Shown piece after piece: positions 8,546-17,926 of a DNA stretch of 64,000 nt. The DNA comes from Bacteroidales bacterium (lineage in GTDB: Bacteria > Bacteroidota > Bacteroidia > Bacteroidales > WCHB1-69). A program made the position numbers and the translations under genes. Each line of letters begins with the position of its first letter. Positions within the stretch are counted from its first letter, which is position 1. Location of the stretch: positions 2,497 to 66,496 of the forward strand of contig JAFXTE010000035.1 in the NCBI GenBank assembly GCA_017525245.1, read 5' to 3'. The notes beneath the pieces were generated by a model. That model saw nothing but the letters and a program-made list of their open reading frames with translations, did not search any database and had not been told where the DNA came from.

Positions 8546-9331
8546 ATGACCTGCTACTCCTTCGACAACACCTTCGATGGCCTCCTCACCGCCGTCTTTG
8601 AGGCGTTCGCCCTGCACGAACAGCCGGAGATGCTGTTGTCGGAAGGCGACCCCGTGCCGTTGTTCTGCGATCGGTTGTATGCCGTTCCCACCGATACGGA
8701 GAAGGCCGGCCGTGTGTGGAAGGGGTTGGAGAAACGGCTCCCGAAAAATGTGGTCAAAATGCTCGCCGTCAGCTTTTTGTCGGAGATGCACGAGCTTAAC
8801 AACCCGCTGTTTCAATACATCTGCAAAGTGTTCCGGCAGCCGGAAGGCACTGAGGGAATCGAATGCAATTTCGCCGACCCCGACATCCTGGCCGTGACCA
8901 ACATCGCCCGCAAGGTGAGCCATGAACAGCTGCGGATGAAGCAGTTCATCCGTTTCCAGAAGGCCAAAGACGGCACCTACCTCGCCGTCATTTCGCCGGA
9001 CCATAACGTCTTGCCGCTCGTCATCGACCATTTCGCAGACCGGTTTAACGACCAGCCGTGGCTCATTTACGACGCCAAGCGCCATTACGGGTTCTACTAC
9101 GACGGAACAGGGGAACCGGTGCGCATCACCTTCGCCGACGAGTCGTCGGTGACGTTCAACCTCGCCAACGGCCGTCTGAACGACGAGGTGCTGAGTGCCG
9201 ACGACCAATTCCTGCAGGATTTGTGGCGCACCTACTTCAAGGCGATATGCATCCGTGAACGGTTGAACCCCCGGAAACAGCTTCAGGACATGCCGCGGCG
9301 GTACCGGAAGTACTTGACGGAATTATATTGA
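8546..9331 (+). CDS. TIGR03915-like putative DNA metabolism/repair protein (DUF4130)
   Basis: N-terminus YSFDNTFDGLLTAVFEAF is typical of the family that accompanies the TIGR03916 radical-SAM protein. Confidence 0.75.
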   Translation: MTCYSFDNTFDGLLTAVFEAFALHEQPEMLLSEGDPVPLFCDRLYAVPTDTEKAGRVWKGLEKRLPKNVVKMLAVSFLSEMHELNNPLFQYICKVFRQPEGTEGIECNFADPDILAVTNIARKVSHEQLRMKQFIRFQKAKDGTYLAVISPDHNVLPLVIDHFADRFNDQPWLIYDAKRHYGFYYDGTGEPVRITFADESSVTFNLANGRLNDEVLSADDQFLQDLWRTYFKAICIRERLNPRKQLQDMPRRYRKYLTELY

Positions 9332-9362
9332 TTCATAATTCATAATGCATAATGCATAATTC
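9331..9362 (-). repeat. Heptanucleotide tract (ATAATGC/ATAATTC units)
   Basis: attcataattcataatgcataatgcataattc. Its reverse complement is identical over 29 nt to 13767-13795. Confidence 0.75.
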
Positions 9363-9396
9363 TTTGTGCTCTGTGGGTGTGTGCAGGGTAAAATGG

Positions 9397-10620
9397 CTAT
9401 TTGACGACCACTTTTTGGATGTGTTTTCTGCCTTCCGAATCGGTTACATGCACAACATACACGCCCGAGGGCAAGTGACCGAGAAAAACGGGTGAAGCAT
9501 TGCTCTCCTCCATGATTCGCCCTTGCATATCACACAGCGTGATATTCGCTATCTTCTCATCTCCTTTCAGCTCAACAATCAGAATGTCAGAAGCAGGATT
9601 AGGGTATATTCTGACATTGTCGGCGATATACTGTGAGACATGACTCGTTGAGTGAATATCCAGATGGTTATACAAAAAATCGCGGGCGATATGGAAACAG
9701 GTGTCAAATTTATCTTCTAAAAGATTGCTGTACATCGAGATATAAAAACTGTGTTCCTCCCCGTCGAATGGGTGAAATTCGTAGTCGTCAATGCCGAGGT
9801 CGGAAAGACGGTTCGTGATTGCGTGCGACCCGTACATATACGGGAAAAAGGGTAACGGCAAATAGGAGTAGCAATAGCCGGAATCAAAAGGCACCACCTG
9901 GTCCTCAGTGCCATGAATCATACAAAGGGGGACATATTCATCAAGGTCTATGACTTCAACATCAAGCACGCCTCCCCATTGTGCCACCGCCCCGGCCACT
10001 TTAGATGAAAGACCGGAGTATTCGTCATATCCGGAGCTGTTCATCGATCCCAGGTCAGGTGAAGCGGATGTTTCCGAGGGCCTTTCCTCGTTTGACAAAA
10101 AGATTTCGTTGAGGATGGCAATGGAACCGGCGGAGTTGCCCAGAAGGAATATGTTGTTCGTGTCGATACGATATTCGAGACAATGTGCTTTGAAAAAGCG
10201 AATGGCGGAATTCACATCCTGCGCGGCCATGTAGGCGCTCCGGATAAGCGAACTCGCACTGATGGACATCAGCGGCAGCAGGCGGTAATCAATGGAGGCC
10301 GCCGCATAACCGTGTTTGGCAAAACGGGTGCAGTACTCCACCATGTCACACCAATCGCGGCTACCAGCCACAAAAGCCCCCCCGAAAACGGTAATCACCA
10401 ACGGACGGGCAGAAAGAGTGTCGCCCGAAGGCTCGTAGAAATCAAGATAAAGAGTGATAGGCGAGGTTTGACCTTCCCTCACGGCACTGCTGAAAGGGAT
10501 TTCAGAGGTCGTCATGGTGTTTTCAAACACAGGATCGGCATAACGGCTGCCCGTTTGAGCAAGCAGCGTGGCGGGACACAGCAGGCAAAACACCGTCCAA
10601 AAGATGGAATGCGATTTCAT
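9397..10620 (-). CDS. Alpha/beta-hydrolase esterase with T9SS C-terminal sorting domain
   Basis: Signal peptide, GxSxG nucleophile elbow (GNSAGS), and C-terminal IYPNPASD...VYVVHV...KVVVK Por-secretion tail. Confidence 0.8.
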   Translation of the reverse strand: MKSHSIFWTVFCLLCPATLLAQTGSRYADPVFENTMTTSEIPFSSAVREGQTSPITLYLDFYEPSGDTLSARPLVITVFGGAFVAGSRDWCDMVEYCTRFAKHGYAAASIDYRLLPLMSISASSLIRSAYMAAQDVNSAIRFFKAHCLEYRIDTNNIFLLGNSAGSIAILNEIFLSNEERPSETSASPDLGSMNSSGYDEYSGLSSKVAGAVAQWGGVLDVEVIDLDEYVPLCMIHGTEDQVVPFDSGYCYSYLPLPFFPYMYGSHAITNRLSDLGIDDYEFHPFDGEEHSFYISMYSNLLEDKFDTCFHIARDFLYNHLDIHSTSHVSQYIADNVRIYPNPASDILIVELKGDEKIANITLCDMQGRIMEESNASPVFLGHLPSGVYVVHVTDSEGRKHIQKVVVK

Positions 10621-10623
10621 GTT

Positions 10624-10672
10624 AATTATGCCTCATAAATTATGAATTATGCATTATGAATTATGAATTATC
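10624..10672 (+). repeat. Heptanucleotide tract (AATTATG/CATTATG units)
   Basis: aattatgaattatgcattatgaattatgaattat lies between the esterase start and the prfB stop. Confidence 0.75.
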
Positions 10673-11754
10673 AATGGAATTGCATCAGGTACGCCTTGAT
10701 GAAGCCGTCGATGTCGCCGTCCATCACCGCGTTGACGTTGCCGACCTCGTACTGCGTGCGCAGGTCCTTCACCAACTTGTAGGGTTGCATCACGTAGCTG
10801 CGGATCTGGCTGCCCCATTCAATGCGCTTCTTGGAACTCTCGATTTCGTTGAGCTTCGCGCGCTTCTTCTCCAACTCGATTTGGTAGAGTTGCGACTTCA
10901 GCATCTGCATGGCCTTCTCGCGGTTCTGCGACTGCGAGCGGGTCACCTGGCACTCGATGATGATGCCGGTGGGGTGGTGGTGCAGGCGCACGGCCGTCTC
11001 CACCTTGTTGACGTTCTGCCCGCCGGGGCCGCTGCTGCGATAGGTGTCCCACGAGATGTCCGCCGGACTGACTTCGATCTCGATGTCGTCGTTGATGATG
11101 GGATAGGCGAAGACGGAGGCGAACGAGGTGTGGCGTCGTGCCGCGGAGTCGAACGGCGAGATGCGCACCAGCCGGTGTACGCCATTCTCGCTCTTGAGGA
11201 AGCCGTAGGCATACGAGCCTTCGATTTCGATGGACGCGGACTTGATGCCGGCCACGTCACCTTCCTGCCGGTCGATGAGTTTCACGGAGAAGTTGTGGCG
11301 CTCGGCCCAGCGCATGTACATACGCAGGAGCATCTCGGCCCAGTCGCAGCTTTCTGTGCCGCCCGCGCCGGAGTTGATGTTCAGGATCGCGTCGAAGGAG
11401 TCCTCCTCGTCGCGCATCATGTTCTTGAACTCCAGCTTCTCCACGGCCTCCATCGTTTTGGCGTAGGCCTCGTCCAGTTCCGCCTCGGTGGCGTCGCCCG
11501 ACTGCTGGAACTCGCTGACTACCAGCAGCTCATCGTTCAGCTCGGCGGCCTTGTAGTAGTCGGCCACCCACGCCTTGATGCCGCTGATCTCCTTCAGCAA
11601 CTTCTCGGCGGCCTTCGGGTCGTCCCAAAAGCCGTCTTGTTGGGTTATTTGTTCTTTGTCTTTAATTTCTTGTTCTTTGGCATCTACGTCAAAGATACCT
11701 CCTTAGCTCACTGAGCCTCGTTTGAACCGCTTTGATTTGGTCGGTGGTTGTCAT
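10671..11754 (-). CDS. prfB: Peptide chain release factor 2, with programmed +1 frameshift (join 11754..11692 and 11690..10671)
   Basis: Frame 0 reads [21 protein letters not shown] followed by TGA. Site AGGAGG TAT CTT TGA C at about 11688-11705. The +1 frame continues DVDAKEQ...[17 protein letters not shown] (RISPFDS) and GGQ (GPGGQNVNK) motifs are present. Confidence 0.92.
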
Positions 11755-11785
11755 ATCTTACTTTATTTGTTATCGTTGTTGTCAC

Positions 11786-11813
11786 CCCCACACTGCGCTC
11801 CGCTTGTGTGGGG
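11786..11813. repeat. CCCCACAC-loop-GTGTGGGG hairpin (same core as the MITE-internal hairpins)
   Basis: ccccacactgcgctccgcttgtgtgggg, upstream of prfB. Confidence 0.5.
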
Positions 11814-11980
11814 TTATTAGCGCTTCGCGCGTCTTGCCCCTTCGGGGCTGCTCAAGGAAGCAATTTTAATACCTAATTACCCCACGATTCCTGAGTGTCT
11901 TACGTCTTAAATAGGCCGCAAAAATACAAAAAATAGGGATTGGTCTCGTGTTATTGAAAAATGTGTACTTTTGCCTCCTT

Positions 11981-13768
11981 ATGAAAGATACTGATAAATT
12001 CGTGCGCGAGGAGTACTATTACGCTTCAGGAGCCATTTCGGGCTCGCTGGATGCTATGTCGGCGGAGTTTTCCGGCTACGAGAAGTTTCCGGTGCGGAGT
12101 CGGCAACCGGGCAATGTGCTTTATCGTGCCCAGCGTTACGGCCGTTACTATGTGCTCAAAGGGCTTGCGCCCGAGTATCGCGACGATCCCGCTATGCGCG
12201 AGTATCTCTCCAAAGAGTACCAAATAGGGGTGCAGCTCGACCACCCCCATATTGTTCGAGTGAACAGCTTGGAAGAGGACCCCAAAGCGGGGCTCTGCAT
12301 CGTGATGGAGTACGTGGATGGACAAAGTCTCGATCAGTGGCTGCTTACAAAACCGTCCGCTGCCGCGCGCAAACGCATTTTCCGGCAGATTCAGGATGCC
12401 ATGGACTATTGTCACGAGCGGCAAATCTGGCATCTCGACCTGAAACCTTCCAACATTCTGATTACCAAAGACGGGCTGACTGCCAAGATCATCGACTTCG
12501 GGCTTTCCGACAACAGTGGGTTCACCTTCCGGCAGACGGGCGGCACGCGCAAGTACGCCGCACCCGAGCAACTGGCCGGACAGTATGCCGACCACCGCAG
12601 CGACATTTACGCGTTGGGGGGCATCCTGAAACGGATGTTCCCGCACCGCTACGGCCGCGCCGTCCGCCGTGCGCAACGCCCCGACCCAGGCAAGCGTCCG
12701 CAGTCGGTGGTGGCATTGGCAAAGCTGATGCGGCCGCGATGGTGGTTGTGGCTGCTGCCCATTGTCATAGCTGGTCTCTTCTGCTGGTGGATGCACCCGA
12801 ACGGCAAGAAATTCCCTGTCACCTTAGACTCGGGGCAGACCGTCTATGCCAAGGTGCTGTCGCATTGGCACCGCACCGTAGCCTTCGTGTGTCCAAGCGA
12901 TGCGAGGTCTTGGAAAGATATCCCCAACGCCCCTTCCGGCGATATGGTCATTCCCGCACATATCAAGTGCCGGGGTCTCCAATATTGCGTCATCGAACTG
13001 GACTCCTGTGCGTTCCGGGATTGCGTAGATCTCACACATCTGACCTTGTCAGAAGGACTCCAACGATTATGTGAAAACGTTTTTTGCGGGTCCAATAGGC
13101 TTAAAGACACGATTGTTATCCCCAAATCGATAAAGGTACTGGAAACCGGTGCGTTCGCGGATTGTCATTCGCTGTCTGTACTCGTCTGGAAAGCACTTGA
13201 TTGCAGCACTGGCACTATGCCCAATTTGAGTGACCGGTTTTTCTATCGGTGCAGTTCTTTGAAAAAAGCCATCGTGGATGATTCCGTCTATGTTTTGCCT
13301 GCTCGCATATTCAATGATATGAGCTGGTTAGAGGAGATAGAGATTCCGAACCATATAAGGGAATTACCCCACGAATTCGCCGCCTATTCATACAGTCTCC
13401 GCAACTTCCATTTTCCCGATTCCTTGCGCAAAATTTCCCACGGCGCATTTTACGAGAGTCGTATTGAACATGTTGTATTACCCGAGCGTATCGAACATAT
13501 TGGCTCGTACAGTTTTTCCTATTGTTATTACTTACAGGATGTGGACATCGGCAGCGGTGTGAAACGCATCGACAGCTATGCCTTCAACGGGAACGTGGCG
13601 TTGGAGACCATGACTGTGCGTAGCGTGGAGCCGCCTATCATGCTTCCGAATTCGCTATACGGAATCCCCGAAAACGCAATATTATACGTGCCCGCCCAGT
13701 CGGTGGAGAAGTACCGGAAACACGATGTGTGGGGAAAGTTTAGGAGGATAGAACCAATCAAATTGTGA
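11981..13768 (+). CDS. Ser/Thr protein kinase fused via a TM segment to BspA-type leucine-rich repeats
   Basis: Kinase catalytic loop HLDLKPSNILI and DFG (IIDFGLS). TM WWLWLLPIVIAGLFCWW. C-terminal repeats of the FxxCxxLxxIxIP type. The start could instead be GTG at 11948. Confidence 0.8.
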   Translation: MKDTDKFVREEYYYASGAISGSLDAMSAEFSGYEKFPVRSRQPGNVLYRAQRYGRYYVLKGLAPEYRDDPAMREYLSKEYQIGVQLDHPHIVRVNSLEEDPKAGLCIVMEYVDGQSLDQWLLTKPSAAARKRIFRQIQDAMDYCHERQIWHLDLKPSNILITKDGLTAKIIDFGLSDNSGFTFRQTGGTRKYAAPEQLAGQYADHRSDIYALGGILKRMFPHRYGRAVRRAQRPDPGKRPQSVVALAKLMRPRWWLWLLPIVIAGLFCWWMHPNGKKFPVTLDSGQTVYAKVLSHWHRTVAFVCPSDARSWKDIPNAPSGDMVIPAHIKCRGLQYCVIELDSCAFRDCVDLTHLTLSEGLQRLCENVFCGSNRLKDTIVIPKSIKVLETGAFADCHSLSVLVWKALDCSTGTMPNLSDRFFYRCSSLKKAIVDDSVYVLPARIFNDMSWLEEIEIPNHIRELPHEFAAYSYSLRNFHFPDSLRKISHGAFYESRIEHVVLPERIEHIGSYSFSYCYYLQDVDIGSGVKRIDSYAFNGNVALETMTVRSVEPPIMLPNSLYGIPENAILYVPAQSVEKYRKHDVWGKFRRIEPIKL

Positions 13769-13812
13769 ATTATGCATTATGCATTATGAATTATGCATTA
13801 TGAATTATAATT
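13767..13812 (+). repeat. Heptanucleotide tract (AATTATG/CATTATG units)
   Basis: gaattatgcattatgcattatgaattatgcattatgaattataatt begins at the last base of the kinase stop codon (TGA 13766-13768). Confidence 0.75.
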
Positions 13813-14386
13813 CCGTTTCCACCGTCAATTGTGTCACGCCGGTTTTGCGGCCGATTTCGTAGAGGGTGGCGAAGGAGTCGTCCTGCACGAGGTTGGAGAG
13901 GATGAGGGGGGAGCCGGTGGCGAAGAAGGCGGTCTGGAAGGTGTTGCCGGGTTTTAGTTTGGTGCGTTCGCTGCAGACCACGCGGTAGGCGTTGCTGCCG
14001 AGGTATTCCACGGTGCAGCGGCGGCCGGGGGCCCAGCATAGCGTCACGCGGTCGCCGGGGCGCAAATCCTGACTGCTCACCACCTTGCCAAGCACCTTGT
14101 CGGAGGAGTCTGCGCCTTCATCGCCGTAGAAGCGTTTCATGTCCTCGAAGTTGCGGTAGCCTACAGACTTTGACAGGACATCCAGCGTGAAGATGCGCGG
14201 GGCCACGGGCGTGTTGCCATAGTTCCAGATCCGTTTCAGCGTGTTGAGGCCGATGTTCTCGTGGGTGCGCTCGAAGATGTATGCCTGCAGGAACACGAAA
14301 TCGGAGGAGCGGTTCATCTGCCGGTCCAAGGCCTCGCACAGAAGGGTTTTCAGGTGTTCGATATAGATTTTATCGTTGTCGTTCAT
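13805..14386 (-). CDS. Hypothetical protein
   Basis: Track ORF 13805..14455 trimmed to the ATG at 14386 (MNDNDKIYIEHL...), downstream of a TACTTTTG -7 box. GC-rich; no family recognised. Confidence 0.55.
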   Translation of the reverse strand: MNDNDKIYIEHLKTLLCEALDRQMNRSSDFVFLQAYIFERTHENIGLNTLKRIWNYGNTPVAPRIFTLDVLSKSVGYRNFEDMKRFYGDEGADSSDKVLGKVVSSQDLRPGDRVTLCWAPGRRCTVEYLGSNAYRVVCSERTKLKPGNTFQTAFFATGSPLILSNLVQDDSFATLYEIGRKTGVTQLTVETEL

Positions 14387-14440
14387 GTATAATCTGATTT
14401 TCGGCGGCAAAAGTAAACATTTTGCTAATTGTCCGTGTTG

Positions 14441-14456
14441 CCCATTTTGACCCATT
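14441..14456 (+). repeat. 16-mer junction motif CCCATTTTGACCCATT, copy 1
   Basis: Exact 16-nt match to 15993-16008. Lies 10 nt beyond the abiEii stop. Confidence 0.8.
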
Positions 14457-14465
14457 TGAATGGTT

Positions 14466-15338
14466 TCAAATACAAAGACTTACCTTTTCGCCACTTCGCG
14501 TCGGAAGCACCAGCGTGGCATGTTCCTTAATAAGCAGATGCAATTGACTCTCACTTACAATGCTAAGATCAACATCGTTTTGCGACATCAGGTCTGATAT
14601 TGTCGGATTGTCCGCAAGCAGACGCATCCGTTCGGTCATTGGTTGATCAGATAAAATGGGCGATAGGGAAAACAGTTCCAGATTGGAAGCTGTTTCTTCA
14701 ATCAAGTGGTTTTTCACGAAAGATTTTTGCTTTTCGTCTCCTATAAGTTCACCAATACCCTGCATTAGCATTTTCGGACTTGTCTTTCGAACACTTTCAG
14801 CGCATTGCACGGCATAGTCTGCCACACTCTTGCCCGTTCGCAATCGGACAATGTTTGGATTGATTGCCGTGCTTTTCTGAAGGAAAAACCAAACATCGAA
14901 AATGTCTCGTGGGGTGACGCGCTCTCCTAATGCGCATAGTTTATGGGCAAACATGTCTGGAAGTGTCATTACCCGTATATCCGTACCTGCCAAAGTCTTG
15001 ATTTCGTAATGGTTGTCATATTGCCGTGTGGAAACCTCAACTTTCAGCATACGATTACCGCCACCATAGTTGAGAACGAGCAGCGGGCCGTAAAACTTCA
15101 TTGCTTCGTCATCAATCTTCCCAAATTTCGACAGCAGATTATGTAATTTATGAAAGGCATTCTCCGTTTTTGTGCTGTCTAACAAGTTGAAATCCAAATC
15201 TGTGGAGAATCTTGGCAATTGATGAAACAACAAAAGCGAGGTTCCTCCCTTAAAGGCCAGTTGGTTCGACAATTCTTTATCTCGGAAAATGGCAAGTAAA
15301 ACCTGCATCATGAAATAACGGTGTTTTGCAATATCCAT
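14466..15338 (-). CDS. abiEii: Nucleotidyltransferase toxin AbiEii/AbiGii family (DUF1814)
   Basis: N-terminal LAFKGGTSLLLFHQLPRFSTDLDFNLL signature. 290 aa. Immediately downstream of an AbiEi-like gene. Confidence 0.85.
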   Translation of the reverse strand: MDIAKHRYFMMQVLLAIFRDKELSNQLAFKGGTSLLLFHQLPRFSTDLDFNLLDSTKTENAFHKLHNLLSKFGKIDDEAMKFYGPLLVLNYGGGNRMLKVEVSTRQYDNHYEIKTLAGTDIRVMTLPDMFAHKLCALGERVTPRDIFDVWFFLQKSTAINPNIVRLRTGKSVADYAVQCAESVRKTSPKMLMQGIGELIGDEKQKSFVKNHLIEETASNLELFSLSPILSDQPMTERMRLLADNPTISDLMSQNDVDLSIVSESQLHLLIKEHATLVLPTRSGEKVSLCI

Positions 15339-15342
15339 AATG

Positions 15343-15915
15343 TCAAATGTTTAGGATTCCTTTTGTGTGTTGTTCCAGTGATTTGGAACGATAAGAAGGG
15401 ATTAAAGCTTTGATTATCTTTTTGTCAAGAGGCCGAAGGTTGTCAAAATAACAGTTCCCGGCACTTAAATACACCATATCCAAGAAGGCACGTTCCGCAG
15501 AGGCAATACAAACATTATCCTTTTGCACAATCCCTTCTCCACCCAACCACAATTCTGGCTTTATTTGTCTATAGGAGTACACTTGCCCGGAAATCTCCAC
15601 AGTGCGCGAGAGGTAGCTCACAGAAGTCAGGGCAGAGTCGTATTGGAAAATGACCCCGGCCTGCTTCAGAACATATTCCAGAGAGAGGTAGGAAGGATGA
15701 AAAATCGAACATGCCAACTCTTCGGCATTGAAAATGCGTTTCGTGTAAATTCCGCGTCTTGGATTAAGGATTTCCCCTTTCTTGACGTAGTAGTTCAGCA
15801 TTTTCGTCAATCTCACACCATCTGAAATGCCTGTCAGCAGAACCATCGACTGGATCTGGAACACTGTTCTTTCGGATTCCAGTATCAACTTCAGTACGTT
15901 ATTTTGAGAACTCAT
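15343..15915 (-). CDS. abiEi: AbiEi-family antitoxin / transcriptional regulator
   Basis: Track ORF trimmed to the ATG at 15915 (MSSQNNVLKL...). KKGEILNPRRGIYTK motif. 4-nt gap to abiEii. Confidence 0.8.
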   Translation of the reverse strand: MSSQNNVLKLILESERTVFQIQSMVLLTGISDGVRLTKMLNYYVKKGEILNPRRGIYTKRIFNAEELACSIFHPSYLSLEYVLKQAGVIFQYDSALTSVSYLSRTVEISGQVYSYRQIKPELWLGGEGIVQKDNVCIASAERAFLDMVYLSAGNCYFDNLRPLDKKIIKALIPSYRSKSLEQHTKGILNI

Positions 15916-15992
15916 AATACGAATAATTTGTATTTTCAGTTTGCAAAAATACATTTTATTTCTTAACCCTCAAAATCAAAATCTATTTTTCT

Positions 15993-16008
15993 CCCATTTT
16001 GACCCATT
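15993..16008 (+). repeat. 16-mer junction motif, copy 2
   Basis: cccattttgacccatt, about 78 nt upstream of the abiEi start. Confidence 0.8.
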
Positions 16009-16038
16009 CCATCCTATCCGAAAAATTTGTAGTTTTGC

Positions 16039-16050
16039 GGGTCAAAATGG
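16039..16050 (-). repeat. 16-mer junction motif, copy 3 (12 nt retained, inverted)
   Basis: gggtcaaaatgg is the reverse complement of ccattttgaccc. Forms an inverted pair with copy 2, 30 nt apart. Confidence 0.7.
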
Positions 16051-16328
16051 ACGGGGCGGAATTTCATCCCCGTTTCTCAGTGTCACCAAAATAGATAGTA
16101 GAAAAAGAACAGAAAAGAAACAATCGAACATATAAAATAGCGTTTGCAGCTATCCTTGACTCTCATTTTCCACACGCTCTCCGTCGAATCGGAGGCAAAA
16201 CACATCAAGGACAGATTCCGCAGACCGTTTGTAACGGCGTGGAATGCTTGTCGGATGTGTGGGAGTGGAAACCCGAGAGTCGGACAAGCGAAATTCCACG
16301 CCATTTGTATGTCACAAACGGTAGAGCG

Positions 16329-16571
16329 ATGAGCGAAGAGGGTCTGCACATAGGGCAAGTCATCCGTCGGGTGGTGACCCGAAAGGGGATAAAGGTGCCG
16401 TGGTTGGCGCAGCAGTTAGGCTGCCACCGCAACAACGTCTATCTCATCTTCTCACGCCAGTGGATTGACACGAACACGCTGATGAAGCTCGCCCAAATCC
16501 TCGACTACGACTTCTTCGCCGACCTGAGCCGCTCCTACCACGAGCTGCAGGGACAGCTTGGGGATATATAA
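16329..16571 (+). CDS. Small helix-turn-helix DNA-binding protein
   Basis: 80 aa from the ATG at 16329. IKVPWLAQQLGCHRNNVYLIFSRQ resembles an HTH. Confidence 0.55.
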   Translation: MSEEGLHIGQVIRRVVTRKGIKVPWLAQQLGCHRNNVYLIFSRQWIDTNTLMKLAQILDYDFFADLSRSYHELQGQLGDI

Positions 16572-16593
16572 ACGGGATGGGGGAAAGTTAAGG

Positions 16594-16676
16594 TGCGATA
16601 TTTTACCATTTTTCATACTTGCCGACTGCGATATTTTACTGTTTTCCCACCATCCAGACTGCGATATTTTACCATT
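16594..16676 (+). repeat. Three direct repeats TGCGATATTTTAC(C/T) with 33-nt period
   Basis: Copies at 16594-16610, 16627-16643 and 16660-16676, between the convergent HTH and ATPase genes. Confidence 0.8.
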
Positions 16677-16682
16677 CCGCCG

Positions 16683-17888
16683 TTAATACAGCAGTCCGAA
16701 CATCCAGAGCGGGATGCGGTTGCCGTGGCCGACTTCGGTGTCATCGGTGGCTAAGAAGCTGTCCGGCACATCGGCAATCTGATCGAACGTTTTCCCGCTG
16801 CCGCCCACCTCGAAGAGATATTTGTCGTTCACAAGAAAATCGCCATGCATGGGGTATTTGACCTCGTTCGCCACGCGGAGTTGGCTGTAGAAGAACGTTT
16901 CCCGCTCGTTTCCTTTGTCTATACGAGGGCACAGGACGTGCATCAGGTTGGGGTTGCCCAAGTAGATTTTGTCGGGCTTGTAGAGGTGCTTGTAACTCTT
17001 GGTCTTCGAGGTGAGCAGACCCAGAATTTGCGCTTTGTCGAGTGCGTATAACATGCGCAGCCCCAACTCGTTATTGGTGTCAAGCTGTTTCCAAAGCTTG
17101 GACATGTTCGGTTCGAAAGGAACCTGTTCGCAAATGATCATCAGCAGGCGTTTGACTTTCTGGAGGGTTTCGAATGACACGTTCTCCACAGAGGGCAGGT
17201 CGCTGTCGATCACAACAGACACCGTTTCGCGAAGTCGGGATGGAAAATCCTCGATGGACTCGCGATAAAAGGGGTAGTAGCCGTGGCGCAGGTACGCCTC
17301 GAAGAGCGGGGCGACTTTGACAGCACTTGTAATAGCCATGGCGTGGCGGACGTGGTGCCGAATGAGCTCGTTTAAGGGAATCGGCTCAATATTCAGGGCA
17401 TTCTCAAAGACGAGAAATTCCCGGAACGACATGCCGTAAAGCGTGTAAACGGTCTGTCGGCGAGAGAGATCCACCTTGGCGTTGTCCATAACGAGGAGTG
17501 AGCTGCTGGTATAGACGATGCTCATGTCGGGATAGTTGTCGTATATGTTCTTCAGGTTGATGGACCATTGGTCATAGCGGTGTACTTCATCCAAATAGAG
17601 GCGCATGATGCCATGCCGGTAGGCCCAGTCCACGAGTTCGACAAGGGTATGGGAGGCGAACCAGAGGTCGTCAAGGGAGGCGTAGAGGGTTTGGTCGATG
17701 TCCTCGTAGTTTTCGAGGATGTGCTGTAGGAGCATGGTGGTTTTGCCGACACCGCGGGGACCTTTGATGCCGATCATCCTGGCCTTCCAGTTGATTTGGG
17801 TATAAAGGTAACGTTTGAACCGCAAGTCTATCTTGGCTATCTTGCGGTGATAGTTGTCATAAAGGGGTTGTAAATCAGAGTTTTCCAT
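16683..17888 (-). CDS. AAA-family ATPase (AAA_14 plus DUF4143-like), second copy of this architecture
   Basis: 401 aa with Walker A GPRGVGKTT and Walker B LYLDEVH. Confidence 0.8.
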   Translation of the reverse strand: MENSDLQPLYDNYHRKIAKIDLRFKRYLYTQINWKARMIGIKGPRGVGKTTMLLQHILENYEDIDQTLYASLDDLWFASHTLVELVDWAYRHGIMRLYLDEVHRYDQWSINLKNIYDNYPDMSIVYTSSSLLVMDNAKVDLSRRQTVYTLYGMSFREFLVFENALNIEPIPLNELIRHHVRHAMAITSAVKVAPLFEAYLRHGYYPFYRESIEDFPSRLRETVSVVIDSDLPSVENVSFETLQKVKRLLMIICEQVPFEPNMSKLWKQLDTNNELGLRMLYALDKAQILGLLTSKTKSYKHLYKPDKIYLGNPNLMHVLCPRIDKGNERETFFYSQLRVANEVKYPMHGDFLVNDKYLFEVGGSGKTFDQIADVPDSFLATDDTEVGHGNRIPLWMFGLLY

Positions 17889-17926
17889 AACATCCTTGAA
17901 TTTGAACGACGGTGCAAAAATACAAT

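Noticed and set aside
8495-9208. 237-aa minus-strand ORF
   Set aside because: Antisense to the TIGR03915-like gene; no recognisable motifs.
10656-11714. 352-aa plus-strand ORF
   Set aside because: Antisense to prfB, whose identity (SPF, GGQ, frameshift site) is unambiguous.
12026-13125. Several 60-256-aa ORFs on both strands inside the kinase-LRR gene
   Set aside because: They overlap a gene with clear kinase motifs. Their Arg/Pro/Gly-rich translations indicate GC-driven spurious frames.
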